Source: Azolla caroliniana (lineage: Eukaryota; Plantae; Polypodiophyta). From it: a stretch of DNA of 64,000 nt. The stretch is taken from positions 124,001 through 188,000 of the forward strand of contig JBHGNT010000022.1 in NCBI GenBank assembly GCA_043228905.1, given 5' to 3'. The notes under the pieces were generated by a model. That model searched no databases. It was not told where the DNA came from and worked only from the letters and a program-made list of their open reading frames with translations. This document shows, piece after piece, positions 13,482 through 25,148 of the stretch. The position numbers were made by a program, and so were the translations under genes. The stretch's first letter is position 1; each line of letters begins with the position of its first letter.

Positions 13482-15219
13482 GCGCCGAACCGGATCGGGA
13501 AACACATGCCGTCCTCGTCCTCTTGGTTGACGACCCATCCGATCCCGGTCGGAATCGTGTCTATCGTTACGTAAATCGGAGTGTCCTTTCCGTAGACAGC
13601 CTTTCGAAGCACCGGAGCTGCGGCAAGTGCTTCCTTCATCTTTCGGACAGACTCCGTATGCTCGTCTCTCCACTCGAAATTTCGCCCCTTTTTCAGCAAC
13701 CCGTATAACGGCTCCGCGACGTGAGCGTAATGCGGGATCCAAATGTGGTAGAACGCGCATGCTCCCAAGAACCTCCGAACCTCTGTGATCGAGCTACAGT
13801 CGTCCTTCATCGCGGAGATGGCTTCTACCTTAGCCGGAGACGGTTTCCGGCCGTACGACCCGCATAGGTGTCCGACGACCATGATCTCTGATTGCCCAAA
13901 GGCCGATTTTCCCCTGGAGAAGGTGAGCCTCGCGCCCTCCAACCTCTGCAACACCTTCTCGCAGTCATCGATGTGGGTCGCCACGAATTTCCGGCACCTG
14001 TCCGGTCCGATCGTCTCTTCCCTTTCCTCCACTGGGCATCCCTTGATTGGGACGTCGTCCAGAAACGGCATGGTGATGTCCGGGATACAATCCCTCAGTA
14101 CCTTGTTCATTGCGTTCACCATGTGAGCCACCGAGTTCGTCCCTCCTTGCGGTAGGGTACACATCCGTACTAGTCCGAGAGGAGTTCGCATTGTCGTGAT
14201 GTCTCTGCTCTCTATGGCTAGCTGGAACTGATCGTACCCCGAGTAGAGATCATCGACCGAGTAAATTGACCTTCCGGCGAAAGCCTCCGCGAACTCGTCT
14301 ATTGTCGGTCCGATTCCTACGTTTCGAATGGTCACCTTGTTGACCGGCTGCAGGTCTTGAATAAAGCGCAGCGTGCCGTCCTTCTTCGGCACGGTAAACC
14401 ACCGATTCGAGTATGGGGCACTCGACGGTTCAAGGATTCCCATCTCGACCTTCTGCTTTAACATCTCCATCAGCTTCGGGATGTGAGCTCTGGGTACTGG
14501 AATCGGTTTGAGACTCCACGGCACATGCGGTACCGTGAATATCACCATCGGTTCCACGACTATCAGGTCTACGCACCCGATCTCCTCCGGTGAGAATGCG
14601 AAAGCCTTCCCATGCCTTCCGAGCATTCCCCGAAAACGGTCCTCTTCCGCCAGCAGTAGGAAGCCGCCCCCACCGATTTTGAGCTCGCGCAGCGTTATGT
14701 CGGTGAACGCGTGTCCTATGCGGGCCGGATTTCGTAAACTCGGGTCCGACGCAACCCCCTTTATTCGCAACTCGCTGCCCTCCGGCAAGGGAGCCGCGAC
14801 TGGCCTCACCTTCCGGTCCACAGTCTTGTACCTCGTGTCCACCCGGGCCGTCCGATCCGACTCGAGCCCTCTACTGAAGTCCGCGATGACTTCGTACATC
14901 CTTTCCAAACATACCGGAATCGTCCGGTCCTCTTTAAGGACTCCTCCGACTACCTCTCGCAGCTCCCCCAAGGTATCGACGAAAGAGACCGCCTCCACGG
15001 CTCCGTTGATTTCCTCTCCAAGGCCGAGGATACCACATGCCCGAAGTTGGTCCTCCGCCCTTTTCTTCTTCTTGCCAACAACGTCGACTATCGTACACCC
15101 TCCGTTGTCGGAGAACCAAAATTTCCTACTTATAGTACAAGTCTTCTTTGCTATCGTACACTTGTGGGGTTTTCCCGGAGTGTCCGGACTATTGCGGCCC
15201 CACGCCTTGGTAGCCCTCT

Positions 15220-17300
15220 CTAAAAATCCTCTCGGCTTTCGCCCCCGAGGGTCTTGCGGTTCCGCTCATGGTTCGGTCTCACCGTCAGGAACTGGACTGA
15301 GTGACGCCCATCCTGGCTCTTGACCCTTGCATAGGCCGAGCCGTTGTCCAACACCTTGGTCTCCATCTGTGCTGCCATGATGTACGGTTCTCCTAGTATA
15401 ACCGGATGTGAGGACGTCTCCTGCACGAAGAAGTGCTGGTCAATCTCGACATCGCCGATCTTTACTCGTACATTCGGGCAGGCTCCATGCAGTTCTTCGG
15501 TGGCACGCGTCGCTACCCATATTTTCCACCCGTGCTTGGTGTTGATCGGCCATTTCCCTTTCTTATAGAAGTCCATGGACATCAAATTGATTTCTGAACC
15601 GTGGTCCACCAACGCCACCACCGGTTCATGAACATCTCCGATCTTCACGGGGGTCTCCGTGGTTGCTCTGGCCCAGTGCGGCTGCGAATAGTGGCTCTCC
15701 GCCAACTCGTCTTCCAGCGCCATGTCGTCTATGTGCGTCGTCCACACCTCCACCGGCTTCTCCGGTTCTGTCTCTGTCGACAACCTCTTCCTCTTCACCA
15801 AGTCTACGATGGAGTCGTGGAACTCCTTCTTAGCGATCCCGAGCACTTCCCTCAGCGATAGTTCCACCTTGTTGTCGAGGATTCGTTCTTCCAGGACCTT
15901 TCGCAGGTTCGTGGATCTTTCGATTTCTGTGCCCAGCCGGTACCCGCCCCTCTTAGGATTATCCTGGGCGCCGGTTACACCGGCCTCATTTCGTCTTTGC
16001 CCGAATCGAGTTTCATATCGTTGTGAGGGCCCGGCCCCTCCGGTTTTCCCTACTCGCTTGTCCTCCACCAGAGCCTCATAGTTTTGACAAGCGGCTTCGA
16101 CGAAGCCCGTCTTTTCTTCCACCGGGTCATTCGATCGGGTCACCTCCCGGACCCGTTTTTCCGCGCGGTCCGCCTCTTCTCTCCTTAGTCATGCGCCGGC
16201 GAGGCCTTCTAGCATCATCGGCCAGAACCCGGCTTTGTTCGTCTTCGGGGCCTCGCCACCTCCGACCCGAATACCAGCTGACGCCGAGTAGTGGACGGTC
16301 TCCGCGTGACGAGCCGCCGCCTCCTCCGTCAGCCTTTTCATACCCCCTCGCCCGACGTTCAGGTCCAGGGGCCTTTGGGTTTCGCTGGCGTGCACCCGAC
16401 TGTTCCACAGGTACACCACGTTGCTTCTCATCGCCTCGGCGAAGTCCCCGCAGTCCTTCCGGATGTGGCCAACCGCGTCACACCACATGCACCTGTTTCC
16501 AGCCAGAGGTCGTCGGTCACGACCCTGTTCACTACCGTCCCTCCGTGCCTGGGCGATCTGGAGATCCTTTACCATCCGCATCAGTTCCTCTAGAGCCGCT
16601 CCCCCGGACGAGCCCTTGACCATGCCGGTCGAAGCCGATCCGGTCTCGAGCCAATCTCGGGTCTCTTCCCTTCGCGTTGGTGGCGTTGGCTTGAGCTTCC
16701 TCGCTGTGACAGAAACCACCCCTGTCGATCCTTTGTCAACCCATTCCTGTCGTTTGTCGAAACGGCCATAGACCCTTTTCACCACGGCCCAGTCGGCCGT
16801 TAGCCCGTCATCAGTCTCCAATAGGAGGCCTACCTGCTCCCTATCCCGCTCATCAACTGACTTAACAAACAATAGGACACGGCTTGTGTCCAGAACGGTC
16901 CGATCAAGCACCGAGAGGTGCGCGAAGCATTCCTCAAACTCCCGGAGGAGCACCGACGCGTTCCTTCCTTTGTTGGGGGTCTCCACCCACTCCATGAAGT
17001 CCCGCTTCGAAAGTCGAAGCGCATCTTCAAGCCCGTATTTTTCGAGGAGCTGACCTTCGAACTCCTCCCAGGTCCGGCTCTCGGCCAGTACCTCAAGCAC
17101 CTCCGTATGGATACTCGGCATCGCCACTCAAGGGAATCCGGCTAGACACCTCTCTTCCGGAATGTCCCTCATTACCATCTCAGCCTGGTAGGACGCCAAG
17201 TAGCTCGTGGCATCCTTCCCACTAAACCGGCTCGATAGCCCTATCAAGGGCGCCGGTGCCTTCGCGCGCACTCATTATACGGTCCACAGCCGAAGCCATG
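15220..17300 (-). pseudogene. Element D gag-protease ORF
   Basis: Zinc knuckle CMWCDAVGHIRKDC; protease-like LVDHGSEINLM and ILGEPY; ends ...REDF*. Confidence 0.9.
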
Positions 17301-17347
17301 GCTTCTGCAAGGTCAGACCCCCTCATCTTCTACTCCTCTGCCGCCTC

Positions 17348-17365
17348 TTCACGTCGGGTTCACCA
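17348..17365 (-). promoter_or_regulatory. Primer-binding site for tRNA-Trp (also at 20761-20778 and 33428-33445; partial near 55728-55741)
   Basis: The plus strand reads TTCACGTCGGGTTCACCA, matching the 3' end of plant cytosolic tRNA-Trp including CCA (recalled, not searched). Confidence 0.85.
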
Positions 17366-17443
17366 AATATGTCGCGTTGGTACGTGCGTGCGTGGAGAAC
17401 AAGGTGGGACCACTGGGGTCTTGGACCGAGGAATAGGTGAGAA

Positions 17444-17484
<41 letters not shown>

Positions 17485-18073
17485 GCTCACACACGTATAG
17501 ACAAAGAAGTGCACAGGGATGCAGCCCAACAACACAGGAGAATCGAGTTGAGAACACTAGCGTATGTATATAAATATGTGTATGTATTTGTATGTATGCA
17601 GGTGACTCGAACGGTTACAGCCGATCAGGTCGGCGAGATGGATGTCGGCGCCTGATCACCCACGCACACAGGAGAGCAAGATGGAGATTCTCTTGGAAGC
17701 ACACGGGCGTTCCATGGAGCAGGATCAACCTCCTGAGAACCTGCGCAAAAGAAAGCTATGGAGAACGATAGAGAAGAAGAGCTCGGTCCCAGTCCGACAG
17801 CACTTCGTCCCCTCCAGAGCGCGATCCCTTCTCTACCCCGTCTCCCTCTCTTTTATAGCTCAAGGAGGGAGGCCGTTTCACCCGTTTACATCACATTAAT
17901 TCTCTGTCCTTTCGGACAGAGATACTCCTCGATTTCCCCTATAGAATATTGCTACCTAGGATTTGACGTTTGTGCCTACCTATCCACTATACAACAAGGG
18001 CGTGCCCACGTGTAAGGGCCGGTTCACACACACTATACATGGTTTGCGCCTGGGGATGGTTTTCTTCACGACA

Positions 18074-20675
18074 ACGGATCCCTCCGTTTTGGCTCCGAAT
18101 TCGCGCAAAAACCGCACCGCTATCGAGCACCTTCGTCTCCATCCGTGATGCAATGGTAAAAGGTTGCCTGAGGATCACAGAGTGTGAGACCTCGTCTTGT
18201 ACGAAGAAATTTTGGTCGATCTCGACATCCCCGATCTTCACCGTCACATCCGGACAAGCCGCAAATAGGTCTTCCGTTGCTTTAGTGGCTGCCCGGATCT
18301 TCCATCCATGGTTAGTGTTTATAGGCCACTTCTCCTTCCGGTAGATTTCCTTGGACATCAAGTTGATCTCCGATCTGTGATCAATCAATGCTAGCACGGG
18401 CTCTTTGATGTTACCGATTCGGACCGGAGACTCCGTAGTTGCGCGTGCCCAGTGTTGTCGTAGTGTATTCCACACACTACGTGAAAACCATAAAATAATA
18501 TATCCGATTTTAGATACATATAAATAAATAAATAATATATCAAAACATTTATCACGTGTATAGGGTAGGATTCGAACCCTGCACCTCCACGTAGATAAAC
18601 CCCAACTTTACCATTGTAATAACTTATCTTTAGTATTATACATATAGATTTAATACGTATAAGACCTTTATTTACACATACCTTTATTAAAAGGTAAAAA
18701 TCATGTATTCTTTAGGCTGTGAATATTTTATTTACACGTGACATTAAAAGTGACTCATGCACATCTAGCGTGCATGAGCCCTATACTTAGGAAATGACAA
18801 AGCATCACATGCACATTTAGTGTGCATGGACACTTTTGGTGAAAAAGCATGAAACCATGCTTAGCCTCTTCCATCTTTATATAAGGAGGAGAGAAATATG
18901 TATAAGGTTGTTGATTAATATACAAGGATTGATTAATCTAATATATTCGTGGGATTCACGAATTTTGCCATCTAAATTACTCTTATAATCTAAATATTGT
19001 TTTAAATACACTAAACTCGTGGGATTCACGAGATTGCTATCTTACTTCTCTTTCCACTATTCATAACTAGCCTTAAGTTGTATTCCTCTTCCTCCTAGTC
19101 AAAAACCTCGGCGGTTCCCACCCGACTCACGCAACGATCCGGAGCCGAAAGGCACGACAGTGTGGCTTTGTGTAGTGAGAATTCGGTATTTCGTCCTCCA
19201 ATTTGGTGTCATTCATTAGAACGGTATTTGCATTCACCCTTGGAGCGTTCTTGTCCGTACTTTGCCTTTTTCTCTTCACGAGATCCACAAGAAGATCGTG
19301 GAACTCCTTCTTCGCTATTCCAAGTAATTCTCGAAGCGAAAAATCTACCCGGCTATCGAGGATTATCTCCTCGAACACCTTTTTCAAGTCCATTTGTTGC
19401 GATGTCTGAGGCGAGCTTGAATGCTAGAATCATCTTTTCTTTTCCCTTACCTCCGGAGTTCTAGCTTTCCGGTGTCTTCGATGGACCGGTCGCCTCATCC
19501 GTGCGTCGTCGCTTCTCATCTACATACACTTCATGCAATTGGCATAAAGAAAACACGCTATTCTTATCGACGGGGCACTCCCATCCCGTAGCTTCCTGGA
19601 TGCCTTCCGCGGTGCTTCGGATTTCATTAGAGTCGGTTTTCTCGGTGTTTTCTAGCAATTCCGGCCAAAAAGACACCTTTGCTCCCGATAACTCCCCGAC
19701 ATGTATTCCCGCGGTTTTCGCGTAATTGTTCTTCGCCGCTATTTCCTCCTCTAGGAACTTCTTCATGCCGCCTTTTCGGAAGTTCGGTCGGAGCGGCTTC
19801 CTAGAGTCCATCGAATGAATCAGATTTCCCTCGTAGTAGATAAGATCCTGTCGTAGCGCTTCCTTGTGCTCATTGCAATCCCTCCGATCATGTTCGGTGC
19901 TATCGCACCATATGCATCGACGGTCCATATACTTCGAACTTGTGGGACAGTCATCCAACTTCTTCACCATCGCGATTTTTAGATTCTCCATCTCCTTCAG
20001 CAACTGCTCCACCGTAGTTGCGTCGATTCCCTTCTCAGTCGTAGCTTCCTGAGCCCGCGGTTGATGGTCTTCCGATCCGGATCTCGGTTTTGGAATCGGT
20101 TCCGAAACCCTCTTTTCTTCATTGGTAAGCCATTGCCCCCTCTTTGTGTATCGCGCGACGATATCCCGCATGCTTTCCCATGTTTCGGTGAGGCCACTCT
20201 CGGTAGTTGTGTCCTCTAGAATCACTCCAAGATCCTTCCGGCCCCGGACGTCTACGGCTCGTAAGAACATGATAACTTTGTCTGGTGCGAGGATAGTTTG
20301 ATCTCTCGCAGACAACCTCCCGAACTGACTTTCGAATGCCGGAAACACATCGAGGACCTTCATCCCCTTGTCCGGCGTTTCTACCCAATCCTCGAATCCT
20401 CTCCACGTTGCCTTGGAGGAGTCCTCGATAGCGAACGTGGTCTTTAGCGCCTCTTCAAACGCTTCCCACGTCGGATTTTGTTGTCGTAGCCCGTGCATAC
20501 TTGCTTGAAGCCCGTCGGTAGCCACCCGGTTGAAGGATGCCACTTGCAGTCCTTTCGAAATCCCGCACCGTAGCATTTCCGCCTTGTAGTCCCGAAGATA
20601 GCCTGATACGTCCTTTCCGTTGAATTGCCTGATCCATTGCACGAGCTGCTCTACTGTCGCCGCTATCTCCGACAT
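18074..20675 (-). pseudogene. Element C gag-protease (its last codons lie at 9361-9440)
   Basis: ORF 19461-20675 with CIWCDSTEHDRRDC knuckle; protease LIDHRSEINLM; interrupted by solo LTR 18456-19159. Confidence 0.9.
18456..19159 (+). repeat. Solo LTR of the A/C family, opposite orientation
   Basis: TGTCGTAG...GGCACGACA ends; perfect 4-bp TSD GTGT. Confidence 0.92.
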
Positions 20676-20782
20676 CGCACGTTGTTCCTAAAGCATCCGC
20701 TCGAACATCATCATCATGTTGTTAGCCTCCGGTTGATTTTCCATCTCCTTGCCACCCGTTTTCACGTCGGGTTCACCACTTG

Positions 20783-21676
20783 TGTCGTGCCTTTCGGCTC
20801 CGGATCATTGCGTGAGTTGGGTGGGAACCACTAGGGTTTTGGACTAGGAGGAAAGAAAATTCTAAGGCAATTAAGAATGTGAAATATATTGTAAGAAAGA
20901 AAGATATGAAAAACTCGTGAATCCCACGAGTATAGTGTATTAGTGAGTACTCAAATTAGGAGAAAAATAGTTAGCAAATTCGTGGATCCCATGATTATAT
21001 TATATTAATCAACCCTTGTAAAATAATCAACAACCTCTATACATCTTTCTCTCTTCCTTATATAGTGTTTGGAAGAGTCTAAGTTTATCACATGCAAGCA
21101 TCATGCTTTTCCTATTTTTAGTTTTCATGCACATTGCATGTGCATGATTAGCTTTCTATCTCATCTTTTCTTTTAACTCGAGTGTCTATGCATGAATAAC
21201 TTTTTGTACCATGCATGTCTAGAAATTTTACATGGGATAAAGTTTAGTATAACTTTAAAATTCATAATACCCTAGTATAATGATAAGGCTTAACATTATT
21301 AACATGGAGGTGCAAGGTTTGAATGTTGCCCTATGTATGTAATATATATATTTTTAGCCTTTCTTCTATTTACAAATATGTCTCTTCATGTGGTGAGAGA
21401 CTCTCACCGGCCTTCTTCATTCGGCTCTTTCCGGTTCTGCTTCATCCGGTGCTTGCTAGTTTTCTTTGTCTGGTTCTTACCGGAACCTCCTTACAGATCT
21501 CTTCGTCCGTTTCTCACCGACTCTCATCGGCCTTCTTCATCCGGCTCTTGCCGGGTCTCCTTACCGGTTTCGGTCCTTACCGGTTCCTTCTTCCGGTTCT
21601 CACCGGGTACTCCATGTCCTATCCGGAGAGACCAAAAATGTAATTTTTCACGTAGTGTGCGAATTACACTACGACA
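20783..21676 (-). repeat. 5' LTR of element C
   Basis: Pairs with 4880-5773; adjacent to the tRNA-Trp PBS. Confidence 0.93.
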
Positions 21677-22280
21677 CCGTGATGACTTCCCAATCGACCA
21701 TACGCCCTTAAAAGGTATCAATAATGATATCTGCCTTCTACTTTGGCATCCCATATGTGTTTACGTGTACGCATCCGACCTCTAATAGGAACTTGGCGAC
21801 TTCATGGAAAAAGGGATCCGGGATCTCCTTCGTTCTATAGGCCTTGGCGGAAGAGGAATACGGGCCGAAATACCTCTGCAGTGACTCCGTGGGAGGGATT
21901 TCGAAATGCCTTTCATCTAGTGATGATAGGTCCAACTTTTTCCGGATGGAGTTGGTGACCGTGTCGATATTGAGCTTTCTGGCGATGTCCAATGCATCCG
22001 GGTGTGGAGGTGCCTCTGCGACCCTGATGTACCCATCTAGGCATTTCTCCACGAGCCATCGACGTAAGGCGGTAGAGATAAATATTGGCATAGTCAGAGT
22101 AGGCTCGTGGGGAGAAGATTGGTGGTTGCGGTAGGCTTGAGCTCTGTGATAGGATGGATGAGAAGGTGAGGGAGGGGAGCGATTAGAGCGCTGAAAGTTT
22201 GGAGGTGGATTTCTTATTTGTGTAGAAGACCTTCTATTTCCTTCTTTTTGTGTCCTAGGGTTCATTGGGCGGTGAGCCAT
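21677..22280 (-). pseudogene. N-terminal part of element B extra 3' ORF
   Basis: ORF 21738-22280 reads on through two in-frame stops to ...VDWEVIT, then continues at 4879 (PALREGL). Confidence 0.72.
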
Positions 22281-22429
22281 CGTGGTGCCGCGTGTTCTTG
22301 GTCTAGAAGTTTATGCATGCATTTAGTCCCTTTTTAATAACGTCGCTATCTTCTCTTTATTTATTTTTTTCTTTTTTTTTCTTTTTTTTTCGTAACGGTT
22401 ACATACAACCTATGTTTACATTATGATAC

Positions 22430-23069
22430 TGTGAAAGTGTTTTTAGAATTCAAGGTATTGAAGTCTACAAAAATATAAGGTATGGAGCATTCACACCCGA
22501 AGGCCAAGAACACGAGCTAAGGTTTCAAGTATAAGTCAAACTAAAAGCAAGAAAGATGGAGAAAAGTTAAAAAGAGAAAAAGCAGACCACCAAAACGCAG
22601 TCAGAAACAAATGCTCATAACTCTCTCGTTTGACACCCAAATATCACGTGTAAATATGGGTTAGAAAGCTTATGACGAGAGCTATCTGTAGCTTTTTAAA
22701 ACTCTAAATTTGGAGCATGGATGAGGGAGATATGACGATTAGAAGATCGTTGTATCATAGCTAAGAATAGGAGATGGAAAAGCTCTAAAAAAAGCGTGGA
22801 AAAGAAAGCAAGCGAAACTTATCTACTAGAGGAGAACTTCATATAAAGCAAGAAGAGTGAGGTGGTGAGAGGGAGCCTTTTTCTTGTGGTGTTTTTCTTG
22901 CCTATTCATGTAGTGCGTTTTTCTAGTGATCAATTCATCCTTGTAGGCTTGAGTTTATGTATCTTCTTTCTCTTGTTTCTATGATCATCACTCCTTATTA
23001 ATATATCTTTGTAGATTTGAGTTTCTATATCTTCCTTCTCTCTCTTTTCTATCATCATATCTCTTTTCA
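22430..23069. repeat. Solo LTR (same family as 12844-13481)
   Basis: TGTGAAAG...CTTTTCA ends; perfect 5-bp TSD GATAC. Confidence 0.92.
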
Positions 23070-23627
23070 GATACAAGTGGGGCCGTCCACTTACACCGCA
23101 GGTTCTCCGGCTTTGTCCCGTCCGGCGGTGAATGGGTTAGGTGGCGTAGGGCCCAGGTAAGGTTTAAGGCGAAACCCATTCACCTTTTGTCGTAAGACTT
23201 CCTTGACCAGCGTGGCTAGTTGGAACGTGCCTTGTTCTGCTCCTATTATCCAGTATGGGCCTGTCCAGCGGAATCGTAACTTCCCTGGCATATGGTCCAT
23301 GCGGGTTTGGAAAACCAGTACCGTTCGACCGATCGCGAAATCCTTTTCCCGTGCGTTCCGATGTCGATCCAGAAACGCTTTACGTTGTCTTTGTTCCTGC
23401 TCCAACACAGCCATGGTGTGTACGCGTTTTTTGCCGAGTTCGAGTAATTGGTGGAGCCGTACCTCCTCCGACTTGGCTTCGAATAGTCGGTCATGTACCT
23501 GAATCCATAAACTGGGTATCTGAAACTCTACCGGCATCACGGCCTCTAGTCGAAACGGTGTTGACTGTATGCTTGTTTTGTAGCTGGTTCTGTACGCCCA
23601 TAACGCACTCTGTAATTTGGTATCCCA

Positions 23628-23855
23628 GTCCGTTCTATTTTCATTGACGATTTTCTTTAAGATGGTTTGCAACGTCTTGTTGGTGGATTCCGCTAACCCA
23701 TTTGATTGTGGATAATATGGCGTACTTTTCTTGTGGACTACGTCCGTTCTATTTTCATTGACGATTTTCTTTAAGATGGTTTGCAACGTCTTGTTGGTGG
23801 ATTCCGCTAACCCATTTGATTGTGGATAATATGGCGTACTTTTCTTGTGGACTAC
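23628..23855. repeat. Perfect 114-bp tandem duplication in the B integrase
   Basis: 23628-23741 and 23742-23855 read identically. Confidence 0.9.
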
Positions 23856-24436
23856 GGCGTAATGATGTGTTAGTTCTCGAACGACCGTATTGAGAAAGTG
23901 GCTCCCCTGGTCACTGATAAGCTCAATCGGACAGCCGAACCGACATAAGATGTGTTCGTAAACGAATCTCGCTATGACGACTACCGTATTCTCTCATAGT
24001 GCCTTTCATTCTACCCACTTGGTGCAATAATCCGTGGCTACCAATATGTATTTATTGCCCGTTCGGGCCGCCGCCGGTGTGAAGGGGCCCACAAAATCCA
24101 ATCCCCACTTTTGGAAGGGATCTAACGGTAATACGGGCTGGTGAGGCATCCTTGCGCCCTTCGTGGGCTGGCCCATCCGTTGACACAAATTGCACTTTCT
24201 GCAATACTCGTATGTGTCCTTCTGTGTAGTCGGCCACCATAGGCTTGCTTGCCATATTTTCCGTGCCGTAACATCGCCCTACGGTAGCCAAATGTCATCA
24301 CTACCTTTGTGATATAAAATTCCTTCTACCAGGCAGAAGTTACGGCTTCGGACAGCTAATCGTTTCTTCTCGTCCGTGCGTAATTGTGGTGGAGGCAGTC
24401 CTGTAGTAAAAAAGTATGTCATTTCCATAAGCCACC

Positions 24437-25148
24437 GGTCCGGAAAGGTCGTTTCCATTCTTTCTGCTAGTGTTTCTACTCGCAGAATGCTTGCGTCCGG
24501 AAAGTCGTCTTCATCCTTCTGTATTGTTTCTCCATTATCGAGTCTGCTCAAAAAATCTGCCACTGCATGTTGCGTACCCGGGCGGTGCTGAATTACAAAA
24601 TCAAATTCTTGAAGCAGTAGCATCCATCGCGCCAATTTCCCTGTCAGTGCTTGTTTCTCCACCAAATACAGCAGTGTCAAATGATCCACGTGGAACGTGA
24701 ATTTCCTCCCCAACAGATAATGTCGGAATTTATTGATACTATAGATCATCCCTAATGCCTCACGCTCCGTTGTGGAATAGTTACACTCTGCTATTGATAA
24801 TTTGTGGATTCCGTTTTTTCTGCAAATGTCGCTACTCGCCAAATGTCAGCGTCCGGAAAATCGTCGTCGTCTTTCTGTACTGTTTCTTCATTCTCAAGTC
24901 TGCTCAAAAAATCCGCCATTGCGTGTGGCGTCCCTGGCTGGTGCTGAATTACAAACTCGAATTCCTGGAGCAGCAGCATCCACCGCACCAATTTCCTTGT
25001 CAAGGCTTGTTTCTCCACTAAATACAATAATGCCGAATGATCCACGTGGAATGTGAATTTCCGTCCTAGTAAATAATGTCAGAATTTATTGATGCTATAG
25101 ATCATCCCTAGCGCCTCCCGCTCTGTTGTGGAATAGTTACACTCTGCT
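24437..25148. repeat. Diverged 356-bp tandem duplication of the RNase H/linker region in B
   Basis: GAATTTATTGAT...GTTACACTCTGCT occurs at 24726 and 25082; many substitutions between the copies. Confidence 0.85.

Larger units (their letters stand above)
10217..15229 (-). pseudogene. Element D pol (RT-RH-INT), split by two solo LTRs
   Basis: ORFs 13433-14998 (RT, FLDD), 11484-11873, 11019-11399 (HRG...CESC) and 10217-11077 (integrase core). Confidence 0.92.
9441..18073 (-). mobile_element. Ty3/Gypsy element D (GC-richer sister family of A/C), inserted in the protease region of C
   Basis: LTR pair 9441-10140 and 17370-18073, each with a (GA)n tract. PBS 17348-17365. PPT at about 10141-10155. 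4-bp TSD ACAG/ACGG. Confidence 0.93.
4880..21676 (-). mobile_element. Ty3/Gypsy element C (same family as A), full length with nested insertions
   Basis: LTR pair 4880-5773 and 20783-21676 (TGTCGT...ACGACA). PBS 20761-20778. PPT at about 5774-5790. 4-bp TSD TCAT/CCGT (two transitions; removing it restores the host reading frame). Confidence 0.93.
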
